Of a stretch of 64,000 bases of DNA, positions 9,359 to 19,007 are shown piece by piece. Each line of letters starts with the position of its first letter. The first letter of the stretch is position 1. Source of the stretch: a virus; the IMG/VR virus record IMGVR_UViG_3300022204_000004, positions 12,922 through 76,921 of that record. The stretch is one strand, 5' to 3'. The notes beneath the pieces were generated by a model. The model was not told the DNA's origin and ran no database searches. It saw only the letters and a program-made list of their open reading frames with translations. The position numbers and the translations under genes are program-made.

Positions 9359-10092
9359 ATCTTATTTGTTTTAACGTTAATAGGATTTAAGCTAAAATAT
9401 ATCTGACTTTGCAGTATATTGAAATCAAGCAACAGTGATGACAGCATTTCTAAAGCATACACGCCTGTCAGCTTGTTTATCATAAAGCTTTGCTCTCTAA
9501 GTGAAGCACGAAGAGAACAGCTTGGTTCGTTGACCTTATCTTCCATATTTGGGTGTAGGTCAATAATACTTGGTAATATCATTTTTGTTTCTTTACCATA
9601 GGCACTTAAAATTATTTGTCCATAATCTCTTGAATTACCACAATCAATCCAATAATGTGTTCTTTGTTGACCATGATAATTCCCTTTTTTGCCATTTTTC
9701 TTAATGGCTTTATCAATTATCTTTCTTGTCCTGACATTATCAACACAAGAAATAACAATGTTATATTTATCTCTTTCCAAATCTTCACCTGAAAAGGTTT
9801 CATTTCTAAATTCCACATCTGTTCCATAGGCTCTATTGACCCTATTGACCAATGTTTCGGCTTTTGATTTACCAATGTCAGAGGGAAAGAATTTCTGCCT
9901 ACCAACATTATGTTCTTCTACAATATCATCATCATAGACAATGATTTTCAGTTCCTTTCTGTCAAGTATCTTCAATGTATTTGACAAAGACACCAATTCG
10001 GGAAGAACAAAGCTTCCGGTTCCACCCACACCTACAAGAACAACCGTTATTCTATGTACGGGATTTACGATATAATCACTTGTGCACAACAT
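9355..10092 (-). CDS. PRTRC system ThiF-family (E1-like) protein
   Basis: GVGGTGS, YDDDIVEEHNVGRQKF, ISCVDN, YWIDCGN..YGQ, EPSCS..Q..INK; likely start 10092 (ORF track extends to 10248). Confidence 0.9.
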   Translation of the reverse strand: MLCTSDYIVNPVHRITVVLVGVGGTGSFVLPELVSLSNTLKILDRKELKIIVYDDDIVEEHNVGRQKFFPSDIGKSKAETLVNRVNRAYGTDVEFRNETFSGEDLERDKYNIVISCVDNVRTRKIIDKAIKKNGKKGNYHGQQRTHYWIDCGNSRDYGQIILSAYGKETKMILPSIIDLHPNMEDKVNEPSCSLRASLREQSFMINKLTGVYALEMLSSLLLDFNILQSQIYFSLNPINVKTNKI

Positions 10093-10777
10093 TTCTAAGA
10101 TATTTATTAAGTGGCAACAGTTCTTTTGATGGAAACCGTGTTTGGTTTTCGTCTTTGATAAGACTTTCCAATAACGGTAGAGTTGGAGATTTCGTTCTTC
10201 CAGCAGCGTAATCTGTAGTGAATGTTGAATTGAAGAAACCATCTTCAACCATTCTCATTATTTTTTCATAGCTGTTGTTGGAAGTGAAATTCTTAATATC
10301 CATAGTTCCCCAACATAAGTTTTCGTCTTTCTTAATGTTAGGAAAAGGAGCTTGGAACAAAGGCGTATATTCATCGATATTTGTTGTCTTTACAGCATAG
10401 ATATAAAGCTCATTGTTGCTCAATCTAAATATCAAATGAGGATAGAACAATCTTCCCTTTACCTTTTTGTACTTAATTTTTCTGAGCATACCTTTACAAA
10501 ACCAAGTAATTCTTGGAGATAAGGCATTTGGATCAAAGTGAAGTACATTTCTTGGTATCATTCCCGTAAAGACAATCTTTCGGTCTTCACTTTTGACCAA
10601 TTTTGTCTTTACTGTATTGAATAGTTGGTCTAATGCTTCATAAGAAACAGGTTTGTAGCTTTGAGCCACATCGTTTACTATTTCAGCATATTCAGTATAA
10701 AAACCATTTCTACTCTTATAGAACACCATATTGAAGAACGGTTTTAAAGGTTCTTCGTCAATTTGTGAAACAATCAT
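10076..10777 (-). CDS. PRTRC system protein B (prokaryotic E2 family D)
   Basis: PHLIF..LYIYAVK...TPLFQAPFPNI...LCWG...FFNSTFT; directly upstream of ThiF. Confidence 0.85.
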   Translation of the reverse strand: MIVSQIDEEPLKPFFNMVFYKSRNGFYTEYAEIVNDVAQSYKPVSYEALDQLFNTVKTKLVKSEDRKIVFTGMIPRNVLHFDPNALSPRITWFCKGMLRKIKYKKVKGRLFYPHLIFRLSNNELYIYAVKTTNIDEYTPLFQAPFPNIKKDENLCWGTMDIKNFTSNNSYEKIMRMVEDGFFNSTFTTDYAAGRTKSPTLPLLESLIKDENQTRFPSKELLPLNKYLRNVVHK

Positions 10778-11759
10778 ATTGCTTAAAGTATAATTTAGTT
10801 AATTTGTTAATTCTCTCTTTTCTGCTTTCAATAGCTTGTTTGCTTATTTCAACACCAGGTCTATATAACAATACAGAATAAGCTCTCTCGGTTATCATGT
10901 TTTGCCCCATTTGGTCCATATTGTAATAAATGTATGAATCGTATGCAGAACCCTCAAGGTCTGTATCATATTCATATCTAAAATGAAACAAGTCCTGAAG
11001 AGCTAAATAAGTTTCTTGTCTATCTTCATCAGAAACATTCAATGGAACCATATCATTAAACTTGCAACCACTGTTAAAACTGTCCAAGGCATCATAAATA
11101 AACTCTTTCCATTTAGGATGTTTCTTGACCATTTTTTTAACGTATTTATCATCAAATTCAAAATAATTCCCTTTAGGAATTCTCTTGAGATAAGGTCTAA
11201 TGATTTTTGTATAAATCTTATAGGCAAAGTAGTCATTGGAATGGTCTTCAAATGCATAATCACTTTTGGGATCTTGTACTTCCCAATAGATTTCATAAGC
11301 CATTTCCATACAACTTTCATGTATATAGTTGTCAAATAGACTGTGACCACACCAATCAAGATTAGCCAATATCTTTAAAAGAAAATCTGTAAATTCTTCA
11401 TCTTTCCTTTCTTTAATAAAAGCTTTGATTGGTATAGAACCACTATCATATTCATTACCGGCATCCAATCCGATAACAAATACATTGGCCACATCTATTT
11501 CATAGGTATTGTCTTTCTTAACGATAAAACGTGAGAGCAATAAAATACAGTCATTCAAAGAATCATTTTCAAAAAGCATAAGGTCATCAATGCTATCATC
11601 AATGTCTTTGGCAAATCGATAAAGATTTTTGATAAGACGTATTTTTTCTTCTCGGTCATGGTCTTCAAGCCAGACAACACCTTCTTCAGCTCCTAAAGTA
11701 ATACCCTTATAGAAAGGAATTACGTTAAAACTATTTCGTTTGAAGGTATTTTGTAACAT
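10758..11759 (-). CDS. PRTRC protein F-like (positional call)
   Basis: Acidic 333-aa ORF overlapping protein B, in the slot where F sits in E-C-F-B-ThiF operons; no sequence motif confirmed. Confidence 0.45.
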   Translation of the reverse strand: MLQNTFKRNSFNVIPFYKGITLGAEEGVVWLEDHDREEKIRLIKNLYRFAKDIDDSIDDLMLFENDSLNDCILLLSRFIVKKDNTYEIDVANVFVIGLDAGNEYDSGSIPIKAFIKERKDEEFTDFLLKILANLDWCGHSLFDNYIHESCMEMAYEIYWEVQDPKSDYAFEDHSNDYFAYKIYTKIIRPYLKRIPKGNYFEFDDKYVKKMVKKHPKWKEFIYDALDSFNSGCKFNDMVPLNVSDEDRQETYLALQDLFHFRYEYDTDLEGSAYDSYIYYNMDQMGQNMITERAYSVLLYRPGVEISKQAIESRKERINKLTKLYFKQYDCFTN

Positions 11760-11858
11760 CCGTCTTTTCTTGTTTTTTGAAGCGTTCTTAATAGTTCTTC
11801 AGCATCTAAATTGCTTGCTACACAATTATCGTTTTTACTGTCTATATTCTCAATATAT

Positions 11859-12218
11859 TCAGCTATGCTTATCTTTTTCATCTATGATTATTTTATATTC
11901 ATGTATGCCTATGATTTTACCAAACGAATTATTATTAATGAGTTTATCCGTAAAGTGGTCATAAGCTTCCATATTTATAAATTCATGCCATCGAGTATCG
12001 TAAACACCATCTTTCTTAATGGTCATCTTTACTTGCACTCTATTGTTGTCTTTTACTATAATCCTCTTAAATGGAGTATAGTTTGTATTCATCCATGAAT
12101 GACCTTTTGAATGAAGAAAATCCCAAATGGCTTCATCATTCCAATCACTGTCTATTTCGTACACGAATACGTCATCAAAGTGACTATCGGTAACAAGTAT
12201 GGTTATCAAATATCCCAT
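11859..12218 (-). CDS. Hypothetical protein
   Basis: ORF in operon. Confidence 0.6.
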   Translation of the reverse strand: MGYLITILVTDSHFDDVFVYEIDSDWNDEAIWDFLHSKGHSWMNTNYTPFKRIIVKDNNRVQVKMTIKKDGVYDTRWHEFINMEAYDHFTDKLINNNSFGKIIGIHEYKIIIDEKDKHS

Positions 12219-12442
12219 CAGTTTTCGTTTAAAATGATTATTTGTTCTAATTCTATTAAAATATTTATCAGTTTTTCTTTAATCTGATAAAGCCTGATAA
12301 CATCTTTATCGTTAATTCCCTGTTTCATTGGATCTATGTTGTCATACATCACTTTGCACTGGGCTACCATGTCTTCGCAGTCAAAGGCATTTCCTAAGCC
12401 TCCATATAATTGCGACTCTTTTTCGTTAGCTAAATTTGGCAT
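12218..12442 (-). CDS. Hypothetical protein
   Basis: Stop/start overlap with the next gene. Confidence 0.55.
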   Translation of the reverse strand: MPNLANEKESQLYGGLGNAFDCEDMVAQCKVMYDNIDPMKQGINDKDVIRLYQIKEKLINILIELEQIIILNEN

Positions 12443-12465
12443 TTCTTTAATGATGCAATAGGGAT

Positions 12466-12498
12466 AAAAAGATACACCCCCCTAAAGGGAGGTATATC
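12466..12498 (-). terminator. Intrinsic terminator after DUF932 gene
   Basis: GATACACCCCCCT/AGGGAGGTATATC imperfect stem with T-tract on the minus strand. Confidence 0.65.
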
Positions 12499-12515
12499 CT
12501 ATCCTTATCCTTATA

Positions 12516-13592
12516 TTAAATTGAAGCGATTTTTCCAGCTAATTCGTCAAGCTCTTGTTTCCGTCTTTCACCAATGTCATTGCTGACAGCTGTAATAGCT
12601 TGTGAAAGCTTCCATCTGGTAGGAGCACCTACTACACCTTGACTTGGATCACTTTGAAGTAACTTGGTCTGTACCAAGCTTGTTTCTTCTTTTGTGAATC
12701 CCATTCGTGGAAGTTTAATGATTTCCTTGTCAATGTCAATCATTTCATGACTTGCTTTATACACGTTCTGAACTGTTTCCATAATTCTGTTTGGAGACAG
12801 TACACTTACCATGATATCGTCTATAGCACTTGCCATAGCACGAGTATCTAATGTATAGGTTCGTTCACTGAAATTGATATCGTCAGGAAGACGTTTGCCC
12901 AAATGTATCTGTTTCAGTAAAGTATCTGTAACCATACCGTTAAGACAAGCAACGTTCATTTGAAAGGCTCTTACACCTAAAGCACCATCACCATAATCAC
13001 TATTGCCAATACGAGCACCAAAGACAGAATAAACGTTACCGTTATTCGGTGTCTCAATGGTATATACTCTTGGTATGATAGTATGGATATAGCTTTTGGT
13101 TTCACTATAATAAGCATCATAAATGACTGCTCCCATATTATGACAGCCTTTGATAAAAGACTCATAAATCTCATTAGAGTTTAATCGTCTGTACTTGTCA
13201 CTTAAAACAGCTCTTGTTTCATCTCCAACTGTTCTAACTAACAGTCTGTTACGGTCAATGTTTGCTGAATGTTCCGTAAGAACATTGTTTAGCAACTGTC
13301 TTCCCCAATCGCTTTCGTTTAAATAACCAACATACTTTCTTGGTATATTGAACTTATCACCTAATTGCATTAGGGCATGCGGGTGTATCTGAAATTGAGA
13401 ATCATCAAAGTTCATATACATTTTTCCGTTCGCATTGAACGTAACATCCATATTGGAACCCAAGTTCACAATATAATCTGTCAATAGAGAATTGTCTCTT
13501 TCTATTCTTTCCAAAACAGATTGATTTTTCCCTGTTCGCTGACTCAATAAGTGGTCAACTTTGTTCTGAAGAATTTCTACTTCTGCATTCAT
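12516..13592 (-). CDS. DUF932-like protein
   Basis: AVLSDKYRRLN, NSDYGDGAL, VACLNGM, QIHLG motifs. Confidence 0.75.
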   Translation of the reverse strand: MNAEVEILQNKVDHLLSQRTGKNQSVLERIERDNSLLTDYIVNLGSNMDVTFNANGKMYMNFDDSQFQIHPHALMQLGDKFNIPRKYVGYLNESDWGRQLLNNVLTEHSANIDRNRLLVRTVGDETRAVLSDKYRRLNSNEIYESFIKGCHNMGAVIYDAYYSETKSYIHTIIPRVYTIETPNNGNVYSVFGARIGNSDYGDGALGVRAFQMNVACLNGMVTDTLLKQIHLGKRLPDDINFSERTYTLDTRAMASAIDDIMVSVLSPNRIMETVQNVYKASHEMIDIDKEIIKLPRMGFTKEETSLVQTKLLQSDPSQGVVGAPTRWKLSQAITAVSNDIGERRKQELDELAGKIASI

Positions 13593-13594
13593 TG

Positions 13595-13810
13595 TTATTT
13601 ATTTAAAGGATTAATATTAAATTGATTTTCTACAAATATCAATGCACCGTTTTCTACGGCTTCATCAATTTTGCAGTCACATGCATTATCTTCTACATTG
13701 AGTTGCCAATCTACCTGATGACTTTCGTCATAAGCAAATACTGCATGTGTTTTCCATACTTTCTTTGCTTCTTCGGGAGTTATTTCGCTCCATGTACTAT
13801 GAAATGCCAT
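13595..13810 (-). CDS. Hypothetical protein
   Basis: ORF in operon. Confidence 0.55.
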   Translation of the reverse strand: MAFHSTWSEITPEEAKKVWKTHAVFAYDESHQVDWQLNVEDNACDCKIDEAVENGALIFVENQFNINPLNK

Positions 13811-13959
13811 GTTTTTGTCTTTTAAATTTCTTCATTGCTGCTTTTACTGTCGTACTCCAGCCTTTAGGCTTGTAAGAGCCATCGGTAATAAGAGTTTCAA
13901 GAAACCCTGTACGTTTGCATTTTCTGAATACTTTCATTGTTTTTGCGAGTTATAAAATT

Positions 13960-13990
13960 AAAAAAGCCATCTGAATAAACAAATGGCTTT
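13960..13990 (-). terminator. Intrinsic terminator
   Basis: AAAAAAGCCAT...ATGGCTTT downstream of the ORF ending at 14001. Confidence 0.55.
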
Positions 13991-14000
13991 GTGTTAAAAC

Positions 14001-14271
14001 TTAGTGAACGACTTTAGTGACATGCAATAAGTTCATCAAATTATCCAATCCACTTCTTGATAAATAAGGATAATTTTTAGGGTCTTTATGTGGCATTTTA
14101 ACCATTGCTTCATAAGGAAAAGCAAAGGTTGATTCTGCCATCATTCCTGTGGAAACCCTTATGGATATGCCATTTTCAAATGTGAAATCAGCATACTCGT
14201 TGAGCTCTGTATAATTCTCTCCAAATTCTGTTGTATATCTTTTGAATGTAAGTCTTTGGAAAAAATTCATA
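14001..14271 (-). CDS. Hypothetical protein (likely start MNFFQRL, about 14270)
   Basis: ATG immediately after the protein C stop; ORF track extends to 14327. Confidence 0.55.
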
Positions 14272-14481
14272 TTAGCCTTTTGTTCCAAGGTTCTTACTAA
14301 ACTCATATACAGCTTTATCATTCTCAATCTTTGGACCTGTTACAGATGCATTCAACAGTTCCGGATGTTGATTGGAATAGATTTCCATAATTGCTTCAGG
14401 AGATAATGACGGATCTATATCCAACAAAACTTCCTTGTTGTACTTGAACTCTCTAACGAGTTGTTTAGATGTTACTGCCAT
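14272..14481 (-). CDS. PRTRC system protein C (prokaryotic ubiquitin-like)
   Basis: L.REFKY...DPSLSPE.IM..YS..HPEL..A.V.GP.......YEF...GTKG; C-terminal Gly. Confidence 0.9.
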   Translation of the reverse strand: MAVTSKQLVREFKYNKEVLLDIDPSLSPEAIMEIYSNQHPELLNASVTGPKIENDKAVYEFSKNLGTKG

Positions 14482-14483
14482 AT

Positions 14484-15557
14484 TTAAGATTGTTTAACTC
14501 CGTTTTGTAATATATGATTTTCTAAGAACTTAAGACTTTCCTCATTCTGTTCATCTGCAATAGAATCAGGATTGAAACCGTACTCAACAGCAAGTTTCTT
14601 TAGGTCAGCAACACGTTCTGCCATAGTTTTAACCTTTGGTGGTTCTGGCATCGCTACAGGTGTAGGCACTGCAACCGGTGTTGGAGGAACAAATGCGGGA
14701 GCAAGTTCCTTCTCTTCACTGAAACTAATGTCATTCCCTAAGTCTTTGAACTCACTGAATGACATTGTTGGTTTTGGTGCTTGTGGCTCTATAAACTTCG
14801 GTTCTACGGGCTGTAACGAACCATTGCTCTTGTTTATATTTGTTTTCAAATCTTGAAAGCCACGTTCAAATTCTGCCATTGTTGCTTTCTCTACATAAGC
14901 TATCGAAAGTCCAATACCACCTCTTACATATTGTTTCTCTTCTTCTTTTTTAATAAAACCAAGAGCTATAAGCCTTGCTTCTCTTTCCAAAAAGAGTTTA
15001 GATGGTTCCATTGCTTGTTCCTTTTGTTCAACTTCCATAGCTTCAACATCTTCTTTAGGAACAATAACTTCAGTAGCTGTAAGGGTTGCCGATGTTGTAG
15101 ACATTCCTTGCACTGGAGCACCACGCTCAGGAACAGTTGCAAACATATCCAATGTTTCAGGTTCTTTAGGTTTTACAGGTTCTTTAGGTATATCAACTTT
15201 AATTTCAGTCTGTTTGGACGTAGTTGTTTTAGCCTCTGTTTTACCTTTAGCCTTTGACTTTGGCTTGGCCGCTGCTTCACTAGAAGCTTTTTCTGCTCTT
15301 TTCAACGATTCCTCAACAAAGGCTATACGCTCAATAGGAGACAAGCTTCTACTGACCAGCTGTGTAATGGTCGTTAAAAATTCAGCATCAATCTCTTCAG
15401 GTTTCCCTGAAATACGAATAGGAGCTATGTTCAAGCTTTTGTCGTCTTTATCTTTTACGATAAAGAAAACAATCACTTCCATAAGTCCATCGTCTTTGGT
15501 CTCAATGACCAACTGAACTTTTGCCTTTTTGGCAATAGGATTTAATTCGTTTAACAT
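14484..15557 (-). CDS. PRTRC system protein E with long C-terminal extension
   Basis: N-terminal beta strands then PIRISGKPEEIDAEF signature; low-complexity tail; upstream of protein C. Confidence 0.8.
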   Translation of the reverse strand: MLNELNPIAKKAKVQLVIETKDDGLMEVIVFFIVKDKDDKSLNIAPIRISGKPEEIDAEFLTTITQLVSRSLSPIERIAFVEESLKRAEKASSEAAAKPKSKAKGKTEAKTTTSKQTEIKVDIPKEPVKPKEPETLDMFATVPERGAPVQGMSTTSATLTATEVIVPKEDVEAMEVEQKEQAMEPSKLFLEREARLIALGFIKKEEEKQYVRGGIGLSIAYVEKATMAEFERGFQDLKTNINKSNGSLQPVEPKFIEPQAPKPTMSFSEFKDLGNDISFSEEKELAPAFVPPTPVAVPTPVAMPEPPKVKTMAERVADLKKLAVEYGFNPDSIADEQNEESLKFLENHILQNGVKQS

Positions 15558-15592
15558 TTTTCTGCTTTTTAAGGGTTAATAATTAATTTAAT

Positions 15593-15823
15593 TTACCATC
15601 CCATTCTGGCTAACAAGCCATCAGGAACAGTTAATGCTACATCTATCAAAGTTGGTCTGTTGCCCAATCTATCTAATAGTTGATCGTAATAAGCAATCTC
15701 ATTTTTGTGGTATTTAATAGTTTTAAATTTCCACCAATAAGTCTTGCTCAATCTCTCTTGGTGTTGTCGCCTATATTCTTTAAGCTTCAACATTGTAAAG
15801 TCTACTGACTGTTGTCCTTTCAT
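15593..15823 (-). CDS. Hypothetical protein
   Basis: ATGA overlap with the upstream gene. Confidence 0.55.
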   Translation of the reverse strand: MKGQQSVDFTMLKLKEYRRQHQERLSKTYWWKFKTIKYHKNEIAYYDQLLDRLGNRPTLIDVALTVPDGLLARMGW

Positions 15824-16401
15824 TCTTTTTTAGGTTTGTAGAAAAAGATTTTATCCGTATTTATTTCCATACGTTTTTCATCTTCGTCAAATTCAACAAT
15901 ACTTGTATGCGGTCCTGTCTGTTTGATAATGGTTATTCTTTTTCTTTTGCCATTTCTAACAGTCATCGGAACACTGAAATTACCTGTTTTCTTATATTGA
16001 AAATGGTACAATTTCTTTATGCTCCAAGTCTCAGCCCTTATACAATTTTTCTTATTATAGTAAGCAATATCGGCATATTCAATAGGAACGCCAATATATT
16101 CAGACAACTCTTTCAAAGCTTCTTCTTTGGTCATATGCTCTTGTAACCAAATCTTATTAAACTGTGATTGAGCCGCTCGTCTTTGAAGTAAAAGTTCTTC
16201 GTTAGCCAATCTGCCATGTGGTTGTGTAGAATTAGGCAAACTATGTGTAAACGAAAAACATTTTGGAAAGTTTTTACATGCTACAAGAAAATCAACACCT
16301 ACCAACTCGTAAGTTGTACCAGGCACTAATTTTGTAGAGCTCTTGCAGTATGGACATCTTTTACCTTCCAAAATTTCTTTGTGTAAGGCATTTATTTCCA
16401 T
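15820..16401 (-). CDS. DUF3268-like zinc-finger protein
   Basis: CPYC...ACxxFPKC...GRLANEEL...RRAA..FNKIW. Confidence 0.7.
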   Translation of the reverse strand: MEINALHKEILEGKRCPYCKSSTKLVPGTTYELVGVDFLVACKNFPKCFSFTHSLPNSTQPHGRLANEELLLQRRAAQSQFNKIWLQEHMTKEEALKELSEYIGVPIEYADIAYYNKKNCIRAETWSIKKLYHFQYKKTGNFSVPMTVRNGKRKRITIIKQTGPHTSIVEFDEDEKRMEINTDKIFFYKPKKE

Positions 16402-16403
16402 GA

Positions 16404-16826
16404 TTAAAGCAAATCGTAAAGTCTTTTTAGCTCTTCAAGACTATCTTCATGTGTCCAACCTTTGGCACCCAATAAGGTAAGCTGTTCAATGTAATAAGCT
16501 TTTTGATCCTCTTTGGATTCTTCTTCTTCACGTTTCTCTTTATTGTGAATCTGACCAAAAGCTTTTTTAATGAAGTCCTGACCTTGTTCCGGTGAGAGTT
16601 GTGTTATCTCTATTTTTGCACCAGAACCAAAAGGACTGTTCTCTAAAAACTTGATTTTCATCATAAGCTTAAGGTTGTCATGATTGGCTTTCTCTAAAGT
16701 GTTTATCAATTCCTTATGTTGTTTAAGGAAAGGTTCTACCCTAAAGTAGTTCACAAGAAGAAATCCAACAATAGCACCTGTTATGAATATACCTATAAAG
16801 CCCAAAATTATGAATGTGGTTTCCAT
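16404..16826 (-). CDS. Membrane-anchored protein
   Basis: N-terminal TM helix followed by coiled coil. Confidence 0.6.
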   Translation of the reverse strand: METTFIILGFIGIFITGAIVGFLLVNYFRVEPFLKQHKELINTLEKANHDNLKLMMKIKFLENSPFGSGAKIEITQLSPEQGQDFIKKAFGQIHNKEKREEEESKEDQKAYYIEQLTLLGAKGWTHEDSLEELKRLYDLL

Positions 16827-16829
16827 TTG

Positions 16830-17327
16830 TTATAAAATTATTCCAAATTTAAGTCTTAAATACCAAACTGTGTGTGTATCCTCACCCCATATTTTACTAT
16901 CGGCTTTGTAATCAACACCTATTTTGGCTCCATAATACCATTTTTCATCTATATAATTCTCTATTCCAAAGTCATGACCAAACAATGCGTGTGGTCCACC
17001 ATCACGAAGAATGAAGCCGGGTCTTAAAACCCCTAAATGTAATCTCCATCTATCCATATTGGTGTGATAATTGAAACCAAGAACGGTTCCTTGAAAATGT
17101 AAATAGTCTATATCATTCAATGCTGGAAACCAATAGACCTCAGCATTAAAATAGAGCAATGTCATTTGATACTCAATTTGAGTAGCAATATTGAACCCAT
17201 AATCAAACTTATCGTTATGTGTGTTCTTGTCTGCAAGTTCAGTTCCAACTGAAAGAGTGAACCTTTTGTCCTGTGAATATCCCCATAAAACCAATAGCAT
17301 TAGAGGGATTGCTATTATTCGTTTCAT
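16830..17327 (-). CDS. Putative outer-membrane beta-barrel protein
   Basis: Bacteroidota-type signal peptide ending YSQ, alternating aromatic strands, C-terminal WYLRLKFGIIL. Confidence 0.6.
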   Translation of the reverse strand: MKRIIAIPLMLLVLWGYSQDKRFTLSVGTELADKNTHNDKFDYGFNIATQIEYQMTLLYFNAEVYWFPALNDIDYLHFQGTVLGFNYHTNMDRWRLHLGVLRPGFILRDGGPHALFGHDFGIENYIDEKWYYGAKIGVDYKADSKIWGEDTHTVWYLRLKFGIIL

Positions 17328-17475
17328 TTTATCCTATGATTGTATGTATTTGTAATTCATTTAATCGAGAACAAAAATCAGGTTTTCTAGAGTGCCATCT
17401 CTTTCCATAAATATCAATGGCATGTTGCTTGATATTTATCTTTTCATTGATTGTTAACTGATGCCAGGTTCTCAT

Positions 17476-17838
17476 TTATAGCCTAAATATACGAATGATA
17501 TCTTCAGCTAATGTACTGAGCTTGGCATAGTTGTTCTGACCACCTGTATAATCCTTATAACTACTTGCCGTTCTTACAAGTATTTGTTCAGGTGCTCTCA
17601 TGTTCCATCGAACATCACTTAAGCTTATATAATAAGCCTGTTCCCCTACACTGAAAAAGCCACTTATGTAAAAGTGTCCTTTGTTCAGTTGCAAGGAATG
17701 ATATCCATCTATTTTCAAAAGCTTTTTATGTATGGCTTTTTTAAAGTCCATATAAAACTTGTTGAACTCAGGTGTAGTATGTCCTCCACTTCCGAAGTAA
17801 TCCTCACCTTGTCTGATTTTTTCAATTAGATCTGTCAT
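17476..17838 (-). CDS. Hypothetical phage/ICE-type protein
   Basis: GHFYISGFF, YISLSDVR, RTA..KDYTGG.N motifs. Confidence 0.6.
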   Translation of the reverse strand: MTDLIEKIRQGEDYFGSGGHTTPEFNKFYMDFKKAIHKKLLKIDGYHSLQLNKGHFYISGFFSVGEQAYYISLSDVRWNMRAPEQILVRTASSYKDYTGGQNNYAKLSTLAEDIIRIFRL

Positions 17839-18265
17839 TTTGTTTTATTAATTCTATTAGTATTGTACTTATTGAATTCAAAGTGTTGTCCAAGATGTTC
17901 TGTTGCTCTGGCGATATGTCACCACTGCATTCATATATCGTTAAAAACTCTTTGAACAAACCCTCTACCACAATCTTTGTTCTGTGGTTAACTTTTTCGC
18001 TCAATCCAAGATACCTTAACTCATCTTTCACATAATCATCCCAAAATATTCTTTCGATTACTTCAAGACTTTCGTTAGATTCATCAGTATTACCGTATTG
18101 AACATAGTAAGTTCCGTCATTACAGACATCAATGTAAAGTCCATTCACATAGGAATAAACCCTTCTATTGATATCTTCGTGTTCTGTGTTTATTCCCCAT
18201 AACTGACAGTGCACAAACCAAGGCAACAATACCTTGCTTCGTTGAAATTCCTTAAATGTTACCAT
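17822..18265 (-). CDS. Hypothetical protein
   Basis: ORF in operon. Confidence 0.6.
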   Translation of the reverse strand: MVTFKEFQRSKVLLPWFVHCQLWGINTEHEDINRRVYSYVNGLYIDVCNDGTYYVQYGNTDESNESLEVIERIFWDDYVKDELRYLGLSEKVNHRTKIVVEGLFKEFLTIYECSGDISPEQQNILDNTLNSISTILIELIKQNDRSN

Positions 18266-18531
18266 TATGCATCAACTTTTTGTAGCAATGATGGATGACA
18301 ACTGTATCTCACATTCCTTTGTTTATCGAGTATGACAATGTTCTTTGGGTTTATTTTCACAACCTCATAAACTTTGTCAGCTCCCTCTCTTGTTACAAAA
18401 ACCTGTGATCCAACACTAAGTTCCTGTACTGCATTTGCGCTCATGATTCTTAAAGCTTCTTTACGAACCAACGCAAGTTCGTTTGTTGTCAAATCATATA
18501 ATGACTTGAATACTTCTTTTAAATTACTCAT
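18265..18531 (-). CDS. Hypothetical protein with SH3/KOW-like C-terminus
   Basis: LSVGSQVFV...YEVVKINPKNIVI...HPSLL. Confidence 0.55.
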   Translation of the reverse strand: MSNLKEVFKSLYDLTTNELALVRKEALRIMSANAVQELSVGSQVFVTREGADKVYEVVKINPKNIVILDKQRNVRYSCHPSLLQKVDA

Positions 18532-18538
18532 AGATTTA

Positions 18539-18676
18539 TTAATAAAAGGTTAAACATTCATCTTCATCATCATAATCACCACTACATTGTGAGCATAATG
18601 ATTCACTATCTTGTTGGCCACTATAATTGAGACCAATGAATTTTCCACAATTCATACATGTTATCGGTTCCGGCAT
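18539..18676 (-). CDS. Small CxxC-CxxC zinc-finger protein, 45 aa
   Basis: Manual translation MPEPITCMNCGK...LCSQCSGDYDDEDECLTFY. Confidence 0.5.
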   Translation of the reverse strand: MPEPITCMNCGKFIGLNYSGQQDSESLCSQCSGDYDDEDECLTFY

Positions 18677-18993
18677 TATTTCAAAGTATTAAGTTCTTCG
18701 TAAGATTCCCAATCAGATTGCTCCCAAGCATCTCTTGTCAGCCCTCTGCCTTTCTCAAATGATTTCAGCTTGATTTTCTCAATATGCTCATCATAAATCT
18801 TTGGTAGATCAATACCACGAGAAGCGGCCTCGGTCTCCAAATTTTGCAATTTGCCATATCTATGTGGCTCATTGTAGTTCACAACATGGATAGACGTATC
18901 TATCTTATGCCAAAGACCTATAGGAATAGCACTGTCAATGTGCCTTAATTCTTCATCACTATAGATCAGCTTCATTTTCTGTCCTTTGTTCAT
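18676..18993 (-). CDS. Hypothetical protein
   Basis: ORF in operon. Confidence 0.55.
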   Translation of the reverse strand: MNKGQKMKLIYSDEELRHIDSAIPIGLWHKIDTSIHVVNYNEPHRYGKLQNLETEAASRGIDLPKIYDEHIEKIKLKSFEKGRGLTRDAWEQSDWESYEELNTLK

Positions 18994-19007
18994 CTTTAAT
19001 ATTTTAA

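Noticed and set aside
10093-10248. N-terminal extension of ThiF from the ORF track
   Set aside because: Overlaps protein B heavily; family-like sequence begins near ATG 10092
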